DNA of 64,000 bases. It comes from Nitrospirota bacterium. GTDB lineage: Bacteria; Nitrospirota; Nitrospiria; Nitrospirales; NS-4. A program made the position numbers and the translations under genes. Shown here piece after piece: positions 1-9,689 of the stretch (positions are counted from its first letter, which is position 1; the number at the start of each line of letters is the position of its first letter). The stretch lies in the NCBI GenBank assembly GCA_963788195.1, contig CAWBGA010000017.1, forward strand, positions 416,001 to 480,000, read 5' to 3'. The notes beneath the pieces were generated by a model that was not told the DNA's origin, made no database searches, and saw only the letters and a list, made by a program, of their open reading frames with translations.

Positions 1-446
1 AGTGTCAGACTTCCCTCGGAAACAGTGAGATCCTTGATGATGGTATTCTTCCCATCCAGCAGAATCACTTTGAAGATTTCGCGACGCAGTCCCCGCATCA
101 AAGGGTAATAATGGCGGAAGATGTCGTGGCTTGAGCCGATGCGCCGCCCCGTTGTCAATGGGGCGGCGATCGCGCGCTTGCCGATCTCCAGCGCAGCCTT
201 GATGGCAGCCGCTTTCGCGGGTCCAATGCCTCGAATCGCGCAAAGCTCCCGAACCCCCTGACGCTCCAGCCCGTGCAAACCGCCTTCTTGAGTCAGAAGC
301 GCCACCCCTAGGTCAAATGCCGAATCGCCGGCGCGACCCGACCCTAGCACAATTGCAAGAAGCTGGCCGTCCGTCAAGGTGTCTGCTCCATAGCGAAGCA
401 GTCGCTCGCGCGGTCGCTCCTCCTCGGGCCAGGCTTCGATTCTCAT
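1..446 (-). CDS. radC: RadC/JAB-domain DNA repair protein (3' end outside window)
   Basis: Own translation from ATG at 446: MRIEAWPEEERPRERLLRYGADTLTDGQLLAIVLGSG...IRGIGPAKAAAIKAALEIGKR, the typical RadC N-terminus. Not in the ORF track because it runs off the edge. Confidence 0.92.
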   Translation of the reverse strand, partial: MRIEAWPEEERPRERLLRYGADTLTDGQLLAIVLGSGRAGDSAFDLGVALLTQEGGLHGLERQGVRELCAIRGIGPAKAAAIKAALEIGKRAIAAPLTTGRRIGSSHDIFRHYYPLMRGLRREIFKVILLDGKNTIIKDLTVSEGSLT

Positions 447-644
447 GATGGTTCCCGGATCTGGTCTCTATGTAATCCTTTACACGGTCAATGGACTTTT
501 TTGACACAGTAACGGGCTCCGAAGATAAAGCTATGACGCTCAAAATCAGCATAATGTCACGAAATTATTGAGATTGATATTTCCGGCACTCCCATTGCTC
601 CCATGACATGGCCGTATGGCTGCTTGTGTCTGGAGGTAATCCCC

Positions 645-812
645 ATGGATTGTCCTAAATGCAAGGGTTTGATGGTGAATGAGCGGTTCTCTGATTACTT
701 CCTGGTCTGTTATGCCTGGAAATGCGTAAATTGCGGCACGGTGGTCGACCCAGTCATCCAGAAGAACCAGCGCAGGCCCCCACCATCGACGATTTCGGGC
801 GTCACGGAGTAG
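645..812 (+). CDS. Small zinc-ribbon protein (55 aa, CPKC...CVNC)
   Basis: GGAGG at 632-636, ATG at 645; MDCPKCKGLMV...WKCVNCGTVVDPVI. Confidence 0.75.
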   Translation: MDCPKCKGLMVNERFSDYFLVCYAWKCVNCGTVVDPVIQKNQRRPPPSTISGVTE

Positions 813-956
813 CCATTCCTCCAAGTGCTCCCATAGCTGCCTTTTCTGTTCTTAAGCGCCCTACGGCCTTATCGGGCGACACTTTACGAGCGTCGCGCTC
901 TATAGTCAATCAGATTTTCGATTGTCAGAATGGCCGAAAAGCAGCTACAGTTTACC

Positions 957-1517
957 ATGCGCATAATCGGAGGCGCCTCACGTGGCCGACGACTGGATGG
1001 CCCTTCACGGGGGACTAGACCGACCACTGGTCGCGTAAAAGCCGCACTATTCAATATCCTCTCCGAGCGGATTTTCGGCGCTCGCTTTCTCGATCTCTTC
1101 GCCGGGACAGGTGCAATCGGAATCGAAGCATTGAGCCGCGGCGCCGGCCGGGTGACGTTCGTGGAAGCCGACGCCGACTGCGTTCGGGTCGTTAAATCGA
1201 ACTTGCGGCGTTCCGGGTATGGACATCTCGCCGAAGTCCGATCCATGACGGCCACCCGTTTTCTGAAACAACCTGTGCGGGAACCCTACGACATCGCTTT
1301 TATTGATCCACCGTACCATGGCAACGAGGCGGGCGATGTCTTGCCATTATTAGGTCGCAATGCTATTATCGCGATCAATGGAGTAGTCATCATCGAGCAT
1401 TTTCATAAGGCCCCACCCCCGGTTCAGATCGATCGCCTCATTCTCACAAAATCCTACCGTTACGGCGATACTTTCCTCTCGATCTATAAACCTGGGACCT
1501 TGCAGGACCTTGTATGA
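957..1517 (+). CDS. rsmD: 16S rRNA (guanine966-N2)-methyltransferase
   Basis: MRIIGG..RGRRL, RPT, LDLFAGTGAIGIEALSRGA, FIDPPY motifs; adjacent to coaD. Confidence 0.95.
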   Translation: MRIIGGASRGRRLDGPSRGTRPTTGRVKAALFNILSERIFGARFLDLFAGTGAIGIEALSRGAGRVTFVEADADCVRVVKSNLRRSGYGHLAEVRSMTATRFLKQPVREPYDIAFIDPPYHGNEAGDVLPLLGRNAIIAINGVVIIEHFHKAPPPVQIDRLILTKSYRYGDTFLSIYKPGTLQDLV

Positions 1518-2002
1518 AGATCGGCGTCTATCCCGGAACATTCGACCCGATTACCAACGGTCACGTCGATCTTATCAATCGCAGTCTGCGGCTGTTTGAT
1601 AAGGTGTACGTCGGCGTGGCGCTGAACCCGCAAAAACACCCGCTGTTCGATTTAGATGAACGGGTCCAAATGGTGCGGGCGGTCACAAAGGAACTGCCAC
1701 GCGTTGAAGTCGAACCGTTCGAGGGACTACTCGTCCAGTACGTACGGGAGCGGGGAGCGCAGGCAATCATTCGCGGGCTTCGGGCAGTATCCGACTTTGA
1801 ATTCGAACTTCAGGTCGCGCTGATGAACCGGAATTTGGATCAGAGTTCAGAGACGGTGTTCCTGATGCCAAGCCAGGAATACATTTATCTCACGTCCACC
1901 ATTATCAAAGAAGTCGCCCGTCACGGGGGAGATCTGGGAGGCCTCCTCCACCCCGAGATCGCGCTCCGGTTGGTCGCCAAATTCGAGAGTTGTACGAAAT
2001 GA
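1514..2002 (+). CDS. coaD: Phosphopantetheine adenylyltransferase
   Basis: YPGTFDPITNGH, IIRGLRAVSDFEFE motifs. Confidence 0.97.
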   Translation: MKIGVYPGTFDPITNGHVDLINRSLRLFDKVYVGVALNPQKHPLFDLDERVQMVRAVTKELPRVEVEPFEGLLVQYVRERGAQAIIRGLRAVSDFEFELQVALMNRNLDQSSETVFLMPSQEYIYLTSTIIKEVARHGGDLGGLLHPEIALRLVAKFESCTK

Positions 2003-3194
2003 AGCTTGCCAAGCGTGTGAGCCAGATCTCTGCGTCCCCCACATTGAGCATTACGGCGGAGGCCAAGGCCATGGCCGCACGCGGCATAGACGTTATTGAT
2101 TTTGCCTCAGGAGAGCCTGACTTTGATACTCCTCTTGCGGTCCAGGAGGCCGGAATTGCGGCGATTCGGAACGGCTTCACGAAATACACAGCGACTGGCG
2201 GCATCGATGAATTAAAGCAGGCCGTCGTCGAGAAACTGCAGCGAGATCAGCACCTCTCCTACGCCAAATCTCAAATCCTGATCTCCTGCGGCGCCAAGCA
2301 CTCACTCTATAACCTTGCGCAGGCTCTGTTCGAGCCTGGTGATGAGGTCGATTATCCCGGCCCCCTACTGGGTGTCGTACCCGGATCAGGTGCTGCTGAA
2401 TGATGCGACTCCCGTCTTCGTGCCCACGAGCGAGGAAAGTGGCTTTCAACTCCGCCCTGAAATCCTTGAACAGCACCTGTCCCCTCGTACCAAGGCCCTG
2501 GTGGTGAACACCCCGGGCAATCCGACGGGTGCAGTCTATACGCGTCGGACCCTAGAAGCCATTGCCGAGATCGCATTGCGACACGGGATTCTGATCATCT
2601 CGGATGAGATCTATGAGAAAATCATTTATGACGGCATCGAACACGTCAGCATCGCATCCCTCGGCGCCGACGTTCAGGCGCAGACGGTCGTCGTCAACGG
2701 CGTCTCCAAAGCCTATTCGATGACGGGTTGGCGCATCGGGTACGCGGCGGGTCCCCAAGCCCTCATTGATGCGATGGGCGTCGTGCAGAGCCAGAGCACG
2801 TCGAACCCAAACTCCATCGCTCAAAAGGCGGCCGTCGCGGCGCTTCAGAGTACAGACAGCTGTATTAGCGCGATGGTCGCGGAATTCGATGAGCGGCGGC
2901 GTTTTATCGTGGAACGATTAAATAAAATCCCGGGCATGCAATGTCCGATGCCGAACGGAGCCTTTTACGTCTTTCCGTCCGTGGCCCGACTGATTGGTCG
3001 GCGTACTTCCGATAGTCCCATTACCTCATCGGCCACCTTCGCGTCCTATCTATTAAAGGAAGCCAGGGTGGCGACTGTCCCGGGAGAGGCCTTCGGCGCC
3101 CCGGGGCACCTGAGATTCTCCTACGCGACGGGACATGAAAAAGATCGAGGAAGGGATTACCCGTATTGAATCGGCCGTGGCGCGACTTTTGTAG
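1999..3194 (+). CDS. PLP-dependent class I/II aminotransferase (aspartate aminotransferase-like), two apparent frameshifts (~2350, ~3130)
   Basis: ORFs 1990..2403 and 2315..3169 join: GEPDFDTP, PAPYWVSY, NTPGNPTG, DEIYE, SKAYSMTGWRIGY; C-terminal MKKIEEGITRIESAVARLL* lies in another frame ending at 3194. Confidence 0.9.
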
Positions 3195-3254
3195 ATCTCA
3201 CCAGGCTTGACAAGCGCAAAATGATGGTTACTTTAATTAGTGAGGAGTACTGGT

Positions 3255-3672
3255 ATGCCGGTCTATGAATATGGCTGCGAGGCGGGTCATCGCTTCGAAG
3301 TGAAGCAAAAATTCAGCGATTCCCCGATTACAACCTGTCAGGTATGCTGCTCTTCCGGTCACGAAGTTGATCTCCGCATCCGGCATTAGCTTCAAAGGAT
3401 CCGGCTGGTACGTCACGGACTATTCCAACAAGATGAAGAACCCTGAGGCGCAGGCGAGCTCTTCCGAAAAATCTTCCGACAAGTCTTCCGAGACGTCTTC
3501 CGAGAAATCCTCTGAGAAGTCTCAGGAAAAATCAGGTGCACCCCAAACTTCGACTCCCGCTACCCCTGGATCTTCCTCGCCCTCCAAACCGGACTCCTCT
3601 TCTTCCCCGAAATCAAACGGCGGCGCTTCGCCGAGCCCGGCACCGTCATCGCCAACGCCCTCGGGATCCTAA
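3255..3672 (+). CDS. FmdB-family zinc-ribbon protein with Ser/Pro-rich tail (frameshift ~3350)
   Basis: GAGGAG RBS, ATG 3255 MPVYEYGCEAGHRFEVKQKFSDSPITTCQVC, continued by KLISASGISFKGSGWYVTDY in ORF 3367..3672. Confidence 0.88.
3460..3531 (+). repeat. Six degenerate 12-bp tandem repeats encoding SSEK-like tetrapeptides
   Basis: tcttccgaaaaa/tcttccgacaag/tcttccgagacg/tcttccgagaaa/tcctctgagaag/tctcaggaaaaa. Confidence 0.85.
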
Positions 3673-3673
3673 G

Positions 3674-4015
3674 TTATTTTTTCCGCTTGGGGGGAGACAC
3701 AGCTTTAGGTTGGACCGCCTTGGCCTTGGCCTCGGCTTCCGCCACCGATACTTTGAGCTGTCCGACCTGCGTCTGCAAAGCGGCATTTTCTTGTTCCATT
3801 TTTGAGGCTTGCGCTCTGACTTCGTCGAGCGCCTTGCTGAGTTCCGTCACCTTCGCCTGCATCTGAGCCTTCTCAGCCTCGAGCACCTTGAGCTGCGCCT
3901 CTTGCTGCCCGATGCGTTCCTGTAATGTCGGCGGCCACCAGTCGCAGCCCGTTGTGCCGGCTAGGAGTCCGACCAGTACCACCACTCCTGCGGCCTGACG
4001 CGATGTTCTCGTCAT
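3674..4015 (-). CDS. Putative coiled-coil lipoprotein
   Basis: Hydrophobic signal ending TTGC followed by a Q/E/K/A-rich heptad region; directly downstream of the response regulator. Confidence 0.7.
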   Translation of the reverse strand: MTRTSRQAAGVVVLVGLLAGTTGCDWWPPTLQERIGQQEAQLKVLEAEKAQMQAKVTELSKALDEVRAQASKMEQENAALQTQVGQLKVSVAEAEAKAKAVQPKAVSPPKRKK

Positions 4016-4019
4016 CCGT

Positions 4020-5441
4020 TCATCCTCCCTGTTGGTTCTGCTCCTCAGTGACTTCGAGCGGCATTCGGCTCGCCGCGCCGCGGCCTACCTGAAATTTCTC
4101 TAAACGATACTGCATCGTCTTGTAGGAGAGACCAAGCATCTTCGCGGCCTTTGCGATAACACCGTTGCTTCGAGCCATCGCCTTTTCCAGTAGTTGCCGT
4201 TCAAACTCCTCCATGGAAAACCCTTCGTTGGGAAGCTCGAAGTCGGTACGGTCGAGCAGCGTCGGCCGCGAGCGCAGTTCGGGAGGGAAATCTTCCACAT
4301 CAATCCGATCGCCCTCGCATAACAGCACGGCCCGCTCGACTACGGATTCGAGCTCCCGCACATTTCCAGGCCAGGGATGTTCCATGAGCACACGCAGAGC
4401 CGGAGGGGTCACGCCTTTGATGGCTTTTCCGGTTGCTGTCCCGTATTTTTTCAGGAAGTGCTCGACGAGCTCCGGGATGTCCGTGGCTCGGTCTCGCAGC
4501 GGAGGCAAAAGAATTGAGACTACATTCAGACGGTAGAACAGATCCTCGCGAAACGTCCCCTGCTTGATTGCCGCCGCAAGTTTGCGGTTCGTTGCAGCGA
4601 CGACACGAACATCAACTTTGATATCATCGCGTCCCCCGATACGCCGGATCTCTTTCTCCTGTAACACGCGCAGCAGCTTGGCTTGAAGCGCGAGGCTTAG
4701 GTCTCCGATCTCGTCGAGAAATAACGTGCCCTGATCGACCGCTTCAAAGAGCCCAATGTGCCGCCCCTGAGCCCCGGTGAAGGCACCCTTTTCGTATCCG
4801 AAGAGCTCGCTTTCGATCAGGGTTTCAGGGATGGCTGCGCAATTCAAAGCGCGGAAGGGCCGCTCCTTGCGGTTCGACTCGGCGTGTAACGCGCGCGCCA
4901 CCAATTCCTTGCCCGTGCCGCTCTCCCCGGTAATCAGCACCGTCGTTTGGCTCGGCGCGACCTTTCGCACCACGCGAAACACCTCTTTCATCAACGGATG
5001 ATGGCCCAGGAGATGGTCGATCTTAAACTTGTCATGCAACTGCTGGCGAAGTTGCCGGTTCTCCTTGACCAGGCGGAGCTTCTCAAATACACGACCAACC
5101 GTGATCAACAGCTCTTCGCGGTCCAAGGGTTTCTCAAGATAGTCGAACGCGCCTTTTTTCATGGCTTCGACCGCGGATCCGACTGTTCCATGCGCGGTGA
5201 TCAGCACCACCAGCGCTTCCGGGTCGAGCTTCATCAAATCGTCGAGGAGAGCTAATCCGTCCCGCTCGGGCATCGACAGATCCGTCAGAACGACATCGAC
5301 GGGGTGGTTGCGGTAAAACGCCAAGGCTTGCGACACATTGGATGAGGACTCGACCGTGTATCCTTCGCCCTCAAGAATGACGGTTAAGATATCCCGCTGG
5401 GATTTCTCATCATCCACGACCAGGATCTGCCCTTCCGTCAT
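4020..5441 (-). CDS. Sigma54-dependent response regulator (NtrC/AtoC family: REC-AAA+-Fis HTH)
   Basis: ILVVDDE..DLSMP receiver, [39 protein letters not shown]-terminal HTH. Confidence 0.96.
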   Translation of the reverse strand: MTEGQILVVDDEKSQRDILTVILEGEGYTVESSSNVSQALAFYRNHPVDVVLTDLSMPERDGLALLDDLMKLDPEALVVLITAHGTVGSAVEAMKKGAFDYLEKPLDREELLITVGRVFEKLRLVKENRQLRQQLHDKFKIDHLLGHHPLMKEVFRVVRKVAPSQTTVLITGESGTGKELVARALHAESNRKERPFRALNCAAIPETLIESELFGYEKGAFTGAQGRHIGLFEAVDQGTLFLDEIGDLSLALQAKLLRVLQEKEIRRIGGRDDIKVDVRVVAATNRKLAAAIKQGTFREDLFYRLNVVSILLPPLRDRATDIPELVEHFLKKYGTATGKAIKGVTPPALRVLMEHPWPGNVRELESVVERAVLLCEGDRIDVEDFPPELRSRPTLLDRTDFELPNEGFSMEEFERQLLEKAMARSNGVIAKAAKMLGLSYKTMQYRLEKFQVGRGAASRMPLEVTEEQNQQGG

Positions 5442-7188
5442 ACCGCCACCTCGGTCACCTCATTGATCGGAAAACCGATCACAACGGTCGTGCCTTCCAG
5501 CGCGCGACTGGTGACGCTGATCTGGCCCCCGTGTTCCTCCACGATCTTCTTCGTAATCGCCAACCCCAGCCCGATCCCGAGCTTCTTGGTTGTAAAATAG
5601 GGATTGAAGATTTTCCCAAGCTCTTCTTCCCCGATACCACTGCCGGTGTCTGAGACCGACACTTCGATCGTTCCGACCATTGCACCCGCCCACCCCGGGT
5701 CGGCCGGGACCGACCCTTGGCCCGGCGCACCCGCCCACCCCGGGTCGGCCGAGACCGACCCCTTGCCCGGCGCACCCGCCCACCCCGGGTCGGCCGATTT
5801 GACCCACCCGCCCCGGCCTGCCGGGTCGGCCGAGACCGACCCCTTGCCCGGCGCACCCGCCCACCCCGGGTCGGCCATTTCACCCACCCGCCCCGAGCCT
5901 GCCGGGACAGGCTCTTTTTCCCGTGTGCCCGACCCTTGGCCCGCGTCGGCTGAACCCGATTCTTGGCTGGCGGTCACTTGACCCTCTCGGTTCGTGCGGT
6001 CGATAGGCCGTGCGCACGACAAGGCGCCCGCCGGAGGGCATGGCTTGAATGGCATTCAGCACGACATTCATGAGACACGTCTTGACCTGAGCCGAATCCG
6101 CATGCAGGCGCGGTATCGTGGGCGGCGCGTCCAGGCCCACGTCGACGCCCTGCTCAAACGCCTTCTGCTGCGCCAAGCCAATGACATCGCGGATAAGCAG
6201 ATTGAGATCCACATCCGTTTTGTTTAACGCCAACGGTTTTCCGACGGTCAGAAAATTTTCGACCATGCTGTTGAGGCGATGAATCTCGTCCTTAATGTTC
6301 GAGATGAGCGCCTGTGTTTCCTGCACGGCTGGGTCACGATTCGCGCTTAGACGGCTGCGGATGTGGTCTATGCTGAGGCTGATGAAGTTCAAGGGATTTC
6401 GGATTTCATGAGCGATACCGGAAGCAAGTTTTCCAACGGCCGACAGTCGCTCCGCCTCGCGCAGGCGCTCTTCCAGTTCACGGTGCTGGCGAAGCTTCTC
6501 CACCATTTCATTGAAGCTTTGGGTCAACTCGGCAATCTCATCACCGCCCTCCACCTCGATGGTTTTCGTTAAATCGCCCGCTGCTACGCGCTTGGCGGCT
6601 TCCACAACACCGTGCAGCGGCTGGATGTATTTTCTAGCCAGGTAGAGGGAGGCGCCAATGCCAAGAGCAAAGATCAATAAGGTCACGGTCACGCGCTTGA
6701 TCAATGTCTCTCGGTTGATTTGCGCCAGGTCGTCAAGCGTGAAGGTGACATGGATGTAGCCCAACACGTCCGTCCCATCCACCAGCGGCGCGGTGACGTT
6801 GTATTCCCGATGGCCGTCTTTGATCACGGTGCTTTCCATTTTTCGGCCGGCCTGGGGCGGCGGGGAACTGGCGACTACTTCCTTCTCCACGTCGAGCAGT
6901 TTGATTTCCTTGACGCCTTTTTTCACCATGCGGCCCGAGGAGCTTCTGCAGTTGTCCGGCATCGGGTTCGCCTGAAAGCTGTTCCAGGCTGACTGCCGTC
7001 GCATTCGAGAGATCGTTAATGCTCTCCTCGACATCAGCAATCAACGCCTGTTGCGACATATGAGAGAGAATTACGGAGGCGGTGAGCGATAGCGCCAGCA
7101 GGGTCAGCATCATGATCATGAGTTTCGTCGTCAGCCCGATACGATGGAAGATGTGATTATTCACCGCGCGCAGCTTGCTCAGGATCAT
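5438..7188 (-). CDS. Membrane sensor histidine kinase (TM-HAMP-HisKA-HATPase) with two apparent frameshifts and a repeat-derived insertion in the ATPase domain
   Basis: ORFs 6733..7188 (TM1), 5880..7040 (TM2, HAMP, AHEIRNPL, NAIQAM) and 5438..6055 (DTGSGI, FNPYFTTK, GIGLGL); stop overlaps the regulator start. Confidence 0.9.
5682..5922 (+). repeat. Tandem/mosaic 45-bp hairpin repeats inside the histidine kinase gene
   Basis: gcacccgcccaccccgggtcggcc at 5682, 5727, 5772 and 5853; hairpins gggtcgg-ccgRga-ccgaccc and gagcctg-ccggga-caggctc. Confidence 0.95.
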
Positions 7189-7818
7189 TTATGCCGCCAG
7201 TGATCCAACGATGGAGAGCACCACGCCGCGGGGCACCGCTCCTTCTCGGATCAGTCGTATGGGCAGTACGGTCGTGTCGACCACCGTACTGGGAAGTCCG
7301 CCGGCTGTCGGGCCGCCGTCCAGAATCAGGTCTACGTCGGCCCCCAAGGCCGCATGGACATCCTGCGCGGTGGTAGGCGCTGCCGCCCCGGTTCGGTTGG
7401 CGCTCGTACCCGTCAGCGGGCCCCCTACGGCTTCCAACAATTGCTGGAGCGAATCAGCGGCGGCGAGTCGGATGCCAATCGTTCCCGTGTGCGCACCAAC
7501 CACGGGAGGGACGCTCGGGCAAGCTCGAAACACGATCGTAAGAGGACCGGGCCAACAGGCATTCATAAGTAATTTCGCACTCGGGGTAATATCCGCAACC
7601 AAGCCTTCGAGCTCCTTCGGATGCCGAATGAGTACCAGAATCGGGCTTGTGCCGCGACCTTTGAGCGTAAAGATGCGACCAACGGCCGCCGCATTAAACG
7701 GCGATGCTCCCAAGGCGTAGAAAGTATCCGTAGGGAAAGCAATGACCCCCCCTGCATGTACCAGGCTTGCCGCCCGGACCAGCATCTCCTGCGTGAGCGG
7801 CCACACCGTAGTATTCAC
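7189..7818 (-). CDS. tsaC: L-threonylcarbamoyladenylate synthase (YrdC/Sua5 family)
   Basis: AFPTDTFYALG, KGR, WPGPLT, TGTSAN, PSTVVD motifs. Confidence 0.93.
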   Translation of the reverse strand: MNTTVWPLTQEMLVRAASLVHAGGVIAFPTDTFYALGASPFNAAAVGRIFTLKGRGTSPILVLIRHPKELEGLVADITPSAKLLMNACWPGPLTIVFRACPSVPPVVGAHTGTIGIRLAAADSLQQLLEAVGGPLTGTSANRTGAAAPTTAQDVHAALGADVDLILDGGPTAGGLPSTVVDTTVLPIRLIREGAVPRGVVLSIVGSLAA

Positions 7819-8336
7819 TATCCGGCTTCCACCTCTCGAGAGGACTCTTCCACTGCCGCGGCCATCGTTTTTTTATGCTGTCGCAGACGATCAGCCACGG
7901 CTGAATCTTTTCGCGCAAGGATCTGTGCGGCAAGGATCGCCGCATTTTTTGCGCCGGCCTTGCCGATTGCCATTGTCGCAACCGGGACGCCCGCCGGCAT
8001 CTGCACTGTGGCCAAAAGGGCATCGATGCCTTTAAGCGCCGACCCCTCCAGCGGTACGCCGATCACCGGCAGAATAGAATTGGCTGCCATGACCCCCGCC
8101 AGATGGGCGGCGCCGCCTGCCCCGACAATCAGCACCTCAAGCCCTCGTTCTTCGGCCGTCGCCGCAAGCTTGTGCGCCCGCTGCGGGGACCTGTGCGCCG
8201 AGGCCACCGACATCTCGCAGGCGATGCCGAGTTCGCGAAGCGCTGTACGAGCCTCTCCCATAGTCGGCGCATCGGAGGCGCTACCCATATAAATACCGAC
8301 CCGCGGCTTTTTCTCGTCGCCCGTCGTTCTCGTCAT
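7818..8336 (-). CDS. purE: N5-carboxyaminoimidazole ribonucleotide mutase
   Basis: MGSASD, SAHRSP, AGGAAHLAG, PVIGVP, QMPAGVPVAT. Confidence 0.97.
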   Translation of the reverse strand: MTRTTGDEKKPRVGIYMGSASDAPTMGEARTALRELGIACEMSVASAHRSPQRAHKLAATAEERGLEVLIVGAGGAAHLAGVMAANSILPVIGVPLEGSALKGIDALLATVQMPAGVPVATMAIGKAGAKNAAILAAQILARKDSAVADRLRQHKKTMAAAVEESSREVEAG

Positions 8337-8369
8337 ATCCGGTCTCTCGTGTGGTGTGTATTATAGCAT

Positions 8370-9648
8370 TTAAGCAAAAGCCCGCGATCCGATATCGGTG
8401 CGATATTGCATTCCTTCGAACCGAATCGTTTTTACGGCGGCGTAGGCTCTGGCGCGCGCCAAGCCAAAGTCATCCCCGACGCCGGTCACCCCAAGCACCC
8501 GTCCGCCGGCCGTCACAATGGTTTCCGGGGCCGCAGCGCCTTTTGCGGTCCCGGCGTGAAAAATCAGAAGTCCGTGATCATTGTCCTGTTTCTTCAGCCC
8601 CTCAATCGTCACGCCCTTCTGAATCTCTCCCGGATAGCCTTTCGCGGTCAGCACCACGCAGACCGCAACCTGGGAGTGCCACTCGATGGTGGCTTGATCC
8701 AGACGGTGCTCCGTGACCGCTATCATCAACTCCACGAGATCGCTCTTGAGCAGCGGTAACACCACCTGCGTTTCCGGGTCGCCCAAGCGAGCGTTGAATT
8801 CGAGCACTCTGGGCTCTCCGCCACTGACCATCAGACCGGCATAAAGAACACCTTGAAACGGGGATCCTAATTGTGAAAGCCCTTCCACCGCGGGTTCCAG
8901 GATGCATCGACGCACCTGGTCCAAAAGCTTTCCGGTTCCGATGGGCGCCGGAGCATAGGCCCCCATCCCGCCGGTATTCGGACCCGTATCTCCATCACCC
9001 AGACGCTTGTGATCCTGGGCCGGGATCATGGGAATGACAGTCTTCCCATCGGTGAACGCCATGACCGTCATCTCCTCGCCATCTACATACTGTTCGATGA
9101 CCACACGCGCGCCGGCTTCCCCAAATGCCTTGCCCTCCAGCATGGCGGTCACGGCATCGCGGGCCTCGTCACGGGTCTGCGCGATCACGACGCCCTTGCC
9201 TTGCGCTAATCCATCCGCCTTCACCACGATGGGAACATCCCGACGCTCCAGGTAATTCAACGCACCGGCAACGGCTGTGAAGCTCCTGGCTTCGGCGGTG
9301 GGGATACGCAGCCGGACCATGAGATCCTTGGAAAACGTCTTGCTTGACTCAATTCGAGCCGCCGCCTTGTGTGGGCCAAAGATCCGAAGCCTACGCAGCC
9401 TGAACGAATCCACGATGCCGGCGGCCAGCGACGCTTCCGGTCCCACAACCGTCAAATCAACACGATGCTGCTCGGCAAAGGCTTGCAGACCAGTGACATC
9501 ATCGGCCGCCAGAGGGACGCATTCTGCAATGGCGCCGATTCCGGCGTTGCCGGGAGCGCAATATAGCTTTCGTGACAGCGGGGCTGTGGGCAATCTTCCA
9601 AGCTAAGGCGTGTTCCCGCCCGCCGCTTCCAACGATGAGAATTTTCAT
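8370..9648 (-). CDS. purD: Phosphoribosylamine--glycine ligase (frameshift near 9590)
   Basis: [19 protein letters not shown] from ATG 9648, continued by [39 protein letters not shown]. Confidence 0.95.
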
Positions 9649-9689
9649 GAATCTGCGTATTTGACGGTAAGAGCCGGCGCCTAAGTGGG

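Noticed and set aside
1..446. radC as a marker of a mobile or anti-restriction element
   Set aside because: It has the full-length chromosomal N-terminus and housekeeping neighbours; no integrase or transposase is visible
5682..5922. Possible CRISPR array (also considered for 38623-38875 and 62852-63376)
   Set aside because: No constant repeat with unique spacers of regular length, units are mosaic and partly inside a CDS, and there are no cas genes in the window
8525..8554. Hairpin ccggggccgca/tgcggtcccgg inside purD as another coding palindrome insertion
   Set aside because: Short GC-rich stem that overlaps the conserved AGT motif and adds only a few residues; could be chance
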